Shown here in pieces: positions 57,543 through 64,000 of a stretch of 64,000 nucleotides of DNA; within the stretch, counting starts at the first letter, position 1, and each line of letters begins with the position of its first letter. The DNA comes from a virus (taxonomy: Duplodnaviria > Heunggongvirae > Uroviricota > Caudoviricetes). The notes below the pieces were generated by a model that worked only from the letters and a program-made list of their open reading frames with translations, was not told where the DNA came from and made no database searches. Location: positions 28,377 to 92,376 of IMG/VR virus record IMGVR_UViG_3300045988_137643. One strand, given 5' to 3'. The position numbers were made by a program, and so were the translations under genes.

Positions 57543-58412
57543 ATGAACTTTACCAAACTGACTGACCACCTGAAACTTGCCACCGATCGACTCATTGGAT
57601 TTAAGCCAGAACCATATGAGTTGCATGAAGGTCATGGTGTAGCTACTGAAAGTATTTACAAGATGGTCGATCAGTTTCATGAACTCTTCCAGCATCCGAG
57701 ACGCGTTATGCCGACACCAGAGCTGCTTCGTCTCCGTGCAAGCCTGATTCATGAAGAAGCTGTAGTGGAAGGTATTCCAGCCGCAATGAATGGGGATATT
57801 GAGCAACTGCTGGATGCAATGGCCGACTTTTTATACGTTGGTGTTGGTACGATGGTCGCCATCAAAGGTGGTATTTCTACCGGCATGACCTATTACACGC
57901 AGGAACAGAGCATTGATCGCTTTATGCAGACAATTTTTGTGCCTGGTAACACTGTTTTCGATGATATGGCAATGCCATTTCAGGAAGCTCGTGAGGCGTC
58001 ATGTATGCTCGAAGAGCTGGCAGATAAACTTGAGAACAAGACTGTTAAGGATTCTGAGCTGATTCAGGAACTGCGCCGTGTAATGAACAAAATCTATGTG
58101 GCGTGCATGATGACCTATCGACTGGCTGATTTCCTCGGTATCAATGTCGTCGAACTGGTTGGCGAAATTCATCGGTCCAACATGACAAAATTATGGCCTG
58201 CAGATGCCGAAGAGCGTCGCCATGCTGTGGCCAACTGCAAATACGACTCTTCTGACCTGGGATTTCGCCATGCTGATGGCACCGATAAGATGATCGGTTT
58301 TCGAATTTCCGATGGAAAGATTCTGAAGTCTCCAACCTATAGTGATGTCGATTTATCCTCCTTTGTTGAGCAAGCTAAAGCCTCAGCAATGTACGGAATG
58401 ATCAAAAAATAA
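57543..58412 (+). CDS. Hypothetical protein, possibly an all-alpha NTP pyrophosphohydrolase (MazG/dimeric dUTPase-like)
   Basis: Acidic helical motif LIHEEAVVEGIPA...DIEQLLDAMADFLYV; sits between nrdB and thyA. Confidence 0.3.
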   Translation: MNFTKLTDHLKLATDRLIGFKPEPYELHEGHGVATESIYKMVDQFHELFQHPRRVMPTPELLRLRASLIHEEAVVEGIPAAMNGDIEQLLDAMADFLYVGVGTMVAIKGGISTGMTYYTQEQSIDRFMQTIFVPGNTVFDDMAMPFQEAREASCMLEELADKLENKTVKDSELIQELRRVMNKIYVACMMTYRLADFLGINVVELVGEIHRSNMTKLWPADAEERRHAVANCKYDSSDLGFRHADGTDKMIGFRISDGKILKSPTYSDVDLSSFVEQAKASAMYGMIKK

Positions 58413-58480
58413 TTGTAGGTAGTTATCTATCCGTGTATATTGCATTGGCGCGTTAAATTTCTGAAACAACTATTCGTTTT

Positions 58481-58507
58481 TGGTGGCCTATGGCCACCAT
58501 TTTTTTA
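58481..58507 (+). terminator. Rho-independent terminator
   Basis: TGGTGGCC-tat-GGCCACCA then TTTTTTTT. Confidence 0.65.
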
Positions 58508-58583
58508 TCTGTCTGGTCTTGTTCGCTCAATAAATGTAAACTCACTTAATGAATAAGTAGTTACTTATCTTTGTGAGGTTTTT

Positions 58584-59687
58584 GTGTCACTCCTTTTGAA
58601 TCGTGAGCATACGAACGGTCAGGTAACAAACGCATCGTATGCAAAAGTTATTGAGACGGTGCTTAAAAGCGGCGTGCAGGCTGATGATCGCACAGGCACT
58701 GGTACTTTAAGCACCTGCTACGTTCCCTCTTACTACATGCTTACTGGTGGGACTGTGCCGCTTATTTCTGGAAAGGCGGTAAATCTTAAGCCACTACTTG
58801 TCGAACTTGAGTGGTATCTGAAAGGCACGGGCAACATCCAATTTCTCAAGGATAACGGCGTTAAAATTTGGGATGCATGGGCCGATGAGAATGGCGATTT
58901 GGGGCCGGTTTACGGTAAGCAGTGGCGTCGATGGGAAGATACCCGCATCGTGAGCCATAGTGAATATCTGAGCAAGATCGATACTTTCCGTGAACGCGGG
59001 TACAAAGTCGAGGGATACCTGGGTATCAGTGAAGATCGCGTAGTGCTGTCCCGTGAAATCGATCAGCTACAGCGTATTGTCGATACACTGCGCACGAACC
59101 CTACCGATCGTCGCATCATGCTTAACGCATGGAACGTAGGCGAGCTTGAGGATATGAAACTGCCACCTTGCCACTTTGTCTTCTCTTTGTGGAGTCGTGA
59201 GCTTGATTTTGAAACCCGTTTAACGATGGCAACTGACATTGGTCTTCAACACAGTCGCCTCGGTTATGAGTCTATCTACACCAAGATGCTATACGATCTG
59301 GAGATGGACGGCAGTGTTACTGAAACTGAACTGGATGAACTTGGAATCCCCAAACGCATCCTCAACTCCTGCCTCGTACAGCGTAGCGTAGACACTTTTG
59401 TTGGTATGCCATTCAATATTGCTGGCTATGGCATTCTCACTCATTTTCTCGCGAAGATTACGGGTCACATGGCCGGTGCATTTGTGCATTTTGGCTTTGA
59501 CGTGCATTTATACAATAACCACATGGAAAGTGTGTGTGAGCTAATGAAACGACAGGCTCCAGAGCATTCAGATCCGGTCGTTATTTTCCCTCATGAATGG
59601 TCTGAGCTGGATGATTTCAAATGGGACGATATTCTGATTCTTGGCTATGACCCTCTACCGTGGATCAAGGTTCCAGTGGCGGTGTGA
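58584..59687 (+). CDS. thyA: Thymidylate synthase with an internal insertion of about 45 aa
   Basis: DRTGTGT, WADENGDLGPVYGKQWR, LPPCH, GMPFNIAGY, C-terminal GYDPLPWIKVPVAV; GTG start. Confidence 0.85.
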   Translation: MSLLLNREHTNGQVTNASYAKVIETVLKSGVQADDRTGTGTLSTCYVPSYYMLTGGTVPLISGKAVNLKPLLVELEWYLKGTGNIQFLKDNGVKIWDAWADENGDLGPVYGKQWRRWEDTRIVSHSEYLSKIDTFRERGYKVEGYLGISEDRVVLSREIDQLQRIVDTLRTNPTDRRIMLNAWNVGELEDMKLPPCHFVFSLWSRELDFETRLTMATDIGLQHSRLGYESIYTKMLYDLEMDGSVTETELDELGIPKRILNSCLVQRSVDTFVGMPFNIAGYGILTHFLAKITGHMAGAFVHFGFDVHLYNNHMESVCELMKRQAPEHSDPVVIFPHEWSELDDFKWDDILILGYDPLPWIKVPVAV

Positions 59688-59688
59688 T

Positions 59689-60102
59689 ATGGCAAGAGGT
59701 ATGTATGTCTTATGCGAAATTGAAGGTGTGCTGGCAAATACCAGCCATCGTAAATCTGTATCTGACGCGGATGCAGGCCAGCTCATTGTCGGTGATGAAC
59801 TCATTTTCCCCACCAGCCGTATGTTGCGTGGTTTTGCTCGCTCAGGGGCTGAAGTGGTGCTTATCAGTAGCCGCTCTGAAACTCTTGAAGCGCCCACTAA
59901 ACGATGGCTGAAAGATTTTGGCGTTGATTACGACTGGCTTCATCTTGTACCGAATGGCACCAGTTATGAGAAGCATATTAAGCGCACATTAGCGGAGCAT
60001 AAAGGCGATCTGCTTATCGCTGCGCTGGTGCACGATCCTCGACTCCGTGCTGCTTTAGCTGACTCTCATCATAGACCGGTCATCTATGAGGTGAGCAAAT
60101 GA
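59689..60102 (+). CDS. Hypothetical protein (weak resemblance to 5'(3')-deoxyribonucleotidase)
   Basis: Motif VLCEIEGVLAN where a HAD-type DxDGVLAD would be expected; start at internal ATG after thyA stop. Confidence 0.25.
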   Translation: MARGMYVLCEIEGVLANTSHRKSVSDADAGQLIVGDELIFPTSRMLRGFARSGAEVVLISSRSETLEAPTKRWLKDFGVDYDWLHLVPNGTSYEKHIKRTLAEHKGDLLIAALVHDPRLRAALADSHHRPVIYEVSK

Positions 60103-60575
60103 AGATGATAGCTGCTGTAGGCCGTAACTATGAGATCGGCATAGCGAACGAACTGCCCTGGCGTTGTTCTACCGATCTGAAGCTATTTAAGAGACTCACC
60201 AAAAACGCCACTGTCGTTATGGGGCGTAAAACGATGGAAAGTCTCAAACGCCCTCTTCCAGAGCGTCATAACCTCGTTTTGACGCGCTCTCATGGCTTTG
60301 TACCAAATGGATTCTACCCTGCTGGTGTGGATGATGTGTTGCGATTACCAGAGCCTGTGTGGGTGATTGGCGGGGAACAAATTTACTCGCTATTCATGCC
60401 GCATGTTGAAGAGATTTGGCTCTCTCACATCGGCGTTGATGTACCAAACGCCGATGCATTCTTCCCGGCAAGCATGATGCGTAACTTAGGCTTTGTGCCT
60501 GTTGAAACAGCTTATACCCAACGAGCCAGCGAGGAAGAGCCTGGCTTTTCGCAGATCGTATACAGAAGGTCGTAA
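60099..60575 (+). CDS. folA: Dihydrofolate reductase
   Basis: N-terminus MIAAVGRNYEIGIANELPW...VVMGRKTMESL matches the DHFR fold signature; 158 aa. Confidence 0.8.
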   Translation: MKMIAAVGRNYEIGIANELPWRCSTDLKLFKRLTKNATVVMGRKTMESLKRPLPERHNLVLTRSHGFVPNGFYPAGVDDVLRLPEPVWVIGGEQIYSLFMPHVEEIWLSHIGVDVPNADAFFPASMMRNLGFVPVETAYTQRASEEEPGFSQIVYRRS

Positions 60576-61219
60576 TGGATTACCGGATTGGGATCACTGG
60601 TGCTCAGGGCAGTGGGAAAACAACCCTGGCTAAATATATCGACAAACATTACGGAATCCCTTACGTGGATGCTGGTGTCGGAAGTTTGATGAGCCGCCTC
60701 GGTGTTCGAGTAGGTGAGTCTATGCCTCTATATGAGCGGCTTCAGATTCAAATGGAAATAGCAAAGCATATAGAGCTACTTACACGTGGTGTTGAAGGCT
60801 TTGTTATCGATCGCACACCTGCTGATGTTATGGCCTACACGTTGGATTTGGTCGGCCATACCAATGAAGATCGGTGTATTGAGTTAGCCCTCGATATCGA
60901 AAAGTTTTGCCACAAAACTGCTATTTCAAACTTTAACGCCATTGCTGGCTTACGCCCGGGAGTCGCTCTCTCAGAGCGAGATTACTTGCGATCACAACGA
61001 GCATCATTAGACCGTCTGTATGTCGCTCGTATTGATGCGTTGATGTGCGGGGAACTGACAAAAATTCACCTGCATCCGCAAAGGGGAGATCTGCAAACCT
61101 TCGTCGTTTCCAACCGATATCGCACGGTTGAAGCAAGAGCCAGATCAGTGATGAGAATGCTAGATAACGCTGTAGAAAAGATAGAAAACCGGTTCTGTGG
61201 CCGAGTAACCGTTCATTAG
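60575..61219 (+). CDS. P-loop kinase, putative nucleotide or nucleoside kinase
   Basis: Walker A GITGAQGSGKTT at N-terminus; VIDRTPADV segment. Confidence 0.45.
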   Translation: MDYRIGITGAQGSGKTTLAKYIDKHYGIPYVDAGVGSLMSRLGVRVGESMPLYERLQIQMEIAKHIELLTRGVEGFVIDRTPADVMAYTLDLVGHTNEDRCIELALDIEKFCHKTAISNFNAIAGLRPGVALSERDYLRSQRASLDRLYVARIDALMCGELTKIHLHPQRGDLQTFVVSNRYRTVEARARSVMRMLDNAVEKIENRFCGRVTVH

Positions 61220-61280
61220 AAATTGTTCGCCTCTTCGACATTGCAACAATAAAACTCTCAAAATGGGTTAAGGATAAAAA

Positions 61281-61700
61281 ATGTTTAGTGAAATGTTGCT
61301 TGAAGATGAACTGGATCGGAAAACAACAGAGGCTTTGATTCGTGTAGCGGACGAACATTCCCGGTCGCTTATGACCGATCGAGAGGCTCGTCTGGCTATT
61401 CGTGCCATATTCGAAACTGCGCAGGGGCTTGTTGGCGCACAAGTAGGTGAAGCCATTAACATCGCCATGTCTCAGTTCAGTGAAGACAGTAAAAAGCCTC
61501 TGTTTCCTATGCATTTGATGCTGGCTGGTGGCACGGTGCTTTATATCTCTGTTTGTCTGGATAGCAACCAAATCAATATTCTCAACACTGCGTCAGGTAA
61601 GTGGAAAGATCCGATTGTCTGTGAAACCAGTGAAGAAACTTTGAAAAAAGCGGCTCAATTTGTACGTAGCGCACTACTTAAGGGCGCTAAGAAGTTGTAA
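61281..61700 (+). CDS. Hypothetical protein
   Basis: ORF only. Confidence 0.3.
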   Translation: MFSEMLLEDELDRKTTEALIRVADEHSRSLMTDREARLAIRAIFETAQGLVGAQVGEAINIAMSQFSEDSKKPLFPMHLMLAGGTVLYISVCLDSNQINILNTASGKWKDPIVCETSEETLKKAAQFVRSALLKGAKKL

Positions 61701-61709
61701 GGAGTTCTG

Positions 61710-62267
61710 ATGACAACGATTGTTGCAGGCATCGATATCGAGTCTACGGGACTGGATTTCCTTGCTGGTCATAAAATTATTGAAATCGCAATTACCCGCT
61801 ATGAACTGGAGACACAGAGACATATTGATAGTCTGGAGATGCGTTTTAACCCTCGCAGAAACATAGATCCGAAAGCTCAAGCCGTTCATGGCATTTCATT
61901 GGAACAGCTCGCAGCTGAACCTTTGTTGTCAAATCATGCCAGCGAAATTGGCGCTTATATGGGGGCATGTAGTGCGTGGATTGCTCATAACGGTGAAGCG
62001 TTTGATATACCATTTATTCGACACGAGTTTTCAGGGTATGGAGTAAGACTGCCAGACGTTCCTGTTATAGATACTATGTTATCGGGATTGTGGGCCACAG
62101 AAGACGGTAAACGTCCCCGCCTTGAAGAGTTGGCCTTCTCTCTTGGCTTTATATACGATCATGCCAAAGCACATAGTGCCTTATATGACACAAACTTAAT
62201 GATGCAATGCTTCTTTAAGGCACGTAATAAGTACGGATTTTTTAAATTACCCTCTGAAATTGTGTAA
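61710..62267 (+). CDS. DnaQ-like 3'-5' exonuclease (DEDDh)
   Basis: Exo I GIDIESTG, Exo II HNGEAFDIPF, Exo III HSALYDTNLM. Confidence 0.65.
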   Translation: MTTIVAGIDIESTGLDFLAGHKIIEIAITRYELETQRHIDSLEMRFNPRRNIDPKAQAVHGISLEQLAAEPLLSNHASEIGAYMGACSAWIAHNGEAFDIPFIRHEFSGYGVRLPDVPVIDTMLSGLWATEDGKRPRLEELAFSLGFIYDHAKAHSALYDTNLMMQCFFKARNKYGFFKLPSEIV

Positions 62268-62272
62268 AGCAA

Positions 62273-62312
62273 AAGCCTACTTTAAAGAGAGTTTAAAGTA
62301 GGCTTTCTTTTA
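62273..62312 (+). terminator. Rho-independent terminator
   Basis: AAGCCTACTTTAA-agagagt-TTAAAGTAGGCTT then TCTTTT. Confidence 0.6.
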
Positions 62313-62427
62313 AAGAACAGTCGCCTTTCAATCATTTCCTGCCTGTATTTAATACTTTTCCGCCTGATAGGTTTAGTCAAAATGTAGCCATCGAAACGCA
62401 AATGTAACCAAACAGAAGGAGACTTAC

Positions 62428-63237
62428 ATGAGTTCGGTTGAAAATGTAATGACAAATGATGATCTGGACGAACTGACAGCTATGTTGCAATCACTTGATG
62501 AACCGGTAAAAAAAGCTGCACAGGTTGAGAATACTGATGATATTGACGATCTGCTTCTAGGCCTCGATGCTGGCGTAGCCATGAGTTCTGATGATGTTGC
62601 CGAAGAACTGTTCAATGAAGAAAAAGCAGGTGATTTCAGCTCCGCTTTAAATGAGTTGGAGTTAGCGCATGAGCCTATAAACGTAATTAACACTGAAAGT
62701 GGTGAAGCTGCCGAAAACGAGCCAGAACAATTGGGATTTATTGAGGTTGAAGATTGTGTTGAGGTTAATGATGAATTAAAAGTTCAACAGTCAAATGATA
62801 GCAATACAAATAAAAAAGCTCGTACTGCAAGAGGTCCTCGTTTTACTTTAAGTGATAAAGATGATTCGTTTTTCAATAAAGCAGGCTTAGAAAAAGATAT
62901 TTTCTTAGACGCTTACGAAAACGCGCCTGTCAAAGCAAAGGATAAGATATTAAACCTTCTTAATTGGTTTAGCGGAGGTCCAGATATTAGTGTTTACACG
63001 GTAATTTCCATGAGACACCTTCTCACAGAAAAGAAGGCTACAAGTAATAGTATTAAGATTGCTTTAATGAGCAATCCAGAAAAACCGTATCCGCTTAACA
63101 CTGCGTCAACTCAGGCTGGGCAAATGATGGCTGTATTTCCAGCTACAGGAATTGCTGTTAGAGACGGTGGAAATCTAACATTGAACGAAGAATCACCGAT
63201 CGTTAAGAAGTTTGTCGCGGAGTACACTATTGGATGA
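62428..63237 (+). CDS. Hypothetical protein with strongly acidic N-terminal region
   Basis: First ~110 aa D/E-rich; directly upstream of the Dam methyltransferase gene. Confidence 0.3.
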   Translation: MSSVENVMTNDDLDELTAMLQSLDEPVKKAAQVENTDDIDDLLLGLDAGVAMSSDDVAEELFNEEKAGDFSSALNELELAHEPINVINTESGEAAENEPEQLGFIEVEDCVEVNDELKVQQSNDSNTNKKARTARGPRFTLSDKDDSFFNKAGLEKDIFLDAYENAPVKAKDKILNLLNWFSGGPDISVYTVISMRHLLTEKKATSNSIKIALMSNPEKPYPLNTASTQAGQMMAVFPATGIAVRDGGNLTLNEESPIVKKFVAEYTIG

Positions 63238-63312
63238 CGTTCCCCTACTGAAAATAAAGCCCATAGAGAGCTTTATAGTGCTGGGTAAGCTAACCCATAC
63301 CCAGCACCACAA

Positions 63313-63358
63313 AAACGCGCCAGAGAGCTTCTTGTTCGCATTTCTGGCGCGTTTTATT
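63313..63358 (+). terminator. Rho-independent terminator
   Basis: CGCGCCAGA...TCTGGCGCG stem then TTTTATTT. Confidence 0.5.
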
Positions 63359-63419
63359 TGATTGCCATACATAAAATCAAATGCAAAAATAGGTAATCAC
63401 ATACCTATCGAGAAAGAAG

Positions 63420-64000
63420 ATGATTGCAGCCGAAAAAATCAAACAGCGAAAGCGCGACAACTCTCTTCGTGACCTCTGGAGAACACCTGATTGGCTGTTT
63501 TCTGCCATTCAACGTTATCTTGGAGTGACATTTGATGTTGACGTTGCCTGCAACAAGGACAATGCAAAGCTGCCTAATTTCATAGGCGTTGAGCGCGATG
63601 CTTTGAAATCTGAATGGGGACAGCCAGGTACAATTGCCTTCCTCAATCCACCCTACTCCAAAATCTCCCCCTGGATTGATGCTGCTATACGTGAGCAGGC
63701 TCGCGGAGTTACAACAGTGATGCTAATTCCTCAATCCCTCGATACAAAGTGGTATGAGCGTGCAACAGAGTATGCGAATGAGACGATTATTCTGTCTGGT
63801 GGCCGCGTAGCGTTTGTCGAGCCTGACGTCAATTTGGGTCAGGTAGAAGTAAACATCAACCCCGGTGGCAGTATGCTCGTTGTTTTTCGAGGATTCTGTC
63901 AGGACGCTGGGCACTCTATAAGCAAGATCCCTTTGGACGTAATGAAAAGTCTGGGAGGGTATGATCCTGCGAATGTGGTCAGGAAAAAAAGACCATCAAA
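63420..64000 (+). CDS. dam: Phage-type DNA N6-adenine methyltransferase (Dam family), 3' end outside window
   Basis: Hand translation from ATG 63420: WRTPDWLF, DVDVACNKDNAKLPNF, AFLNPPYS catalytic motif; reading frame still open at window end, so absent from the ORF track. Confidence 0.7.
   Translation, partial: MIAAEKIKQRKRDNSLRDLWRTPDWLFSAIQRYLGVTFDVDVACNKDNAKLPNFIGVERDALKSEWGQPGTIAFLNPPYSKISPWIDAAIREQARGVTTVMLIPQSLDTKWYERATEYANETIILSGGRVAFVEPDVNLGQVEVNINPGGSMLVVFRGFCQDAGHSISKIPLDVMKSLGGYDPANVVRKKRPS

Overview
This 64 kb window reads as a contiguous stretch of a temperate siphovirus that is maintained as a plasmid (phage-plasmid) in an enterobacterial host. The gene content resembles what I recall of SSU5/pHCM2-like elements, but that attribution is from memory, not a search. 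Nearly all genes are on the + strand. In order: a lambda-like tail module (tape measure 3' end, M/L/K/I/J homologues, Stf-like side tail fiber); a lysis cassette with embedded spanins; ParA partition genes; a replisome block (DnaB-like helicase, primase, ligase, DnaE); an ORF-free region carrying four tRNAs; an AT-rich HEPN-motif gene; glutaredoxin, a tyrosine recombinase and a CI-like repressor; a vWA/AAA+ (CobT/CobS-like) pair; a T4-like recombination set (UvsY-like, gp32-like SSB, FEN, RecA/UvsX-like, SbcCD-like, RuvC-like); a P1-like RepA iteron replicon with a GATC-rich origin; a host-like nucleotide module (nrdAB, thyA, folA); and a partial phage-type Dam methyltransferase at the window end. 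All calls rest on motifs read by eye from the translations and sequence; no database search or folding was run. Hand-placed coordinates (tRNAs, hairpins, motifs, revised starts) are accurate to about +/-2 bp. The most interesting unexplained signals are two families of short palindromic intergenic motifs recurring before many operons, a lox-like 13-7-13 inverted repeat upstream of the recombinase, the AT-rich HEPN gene beside the tRNA cluster, and a structured ORF-free region around the tRNAs.
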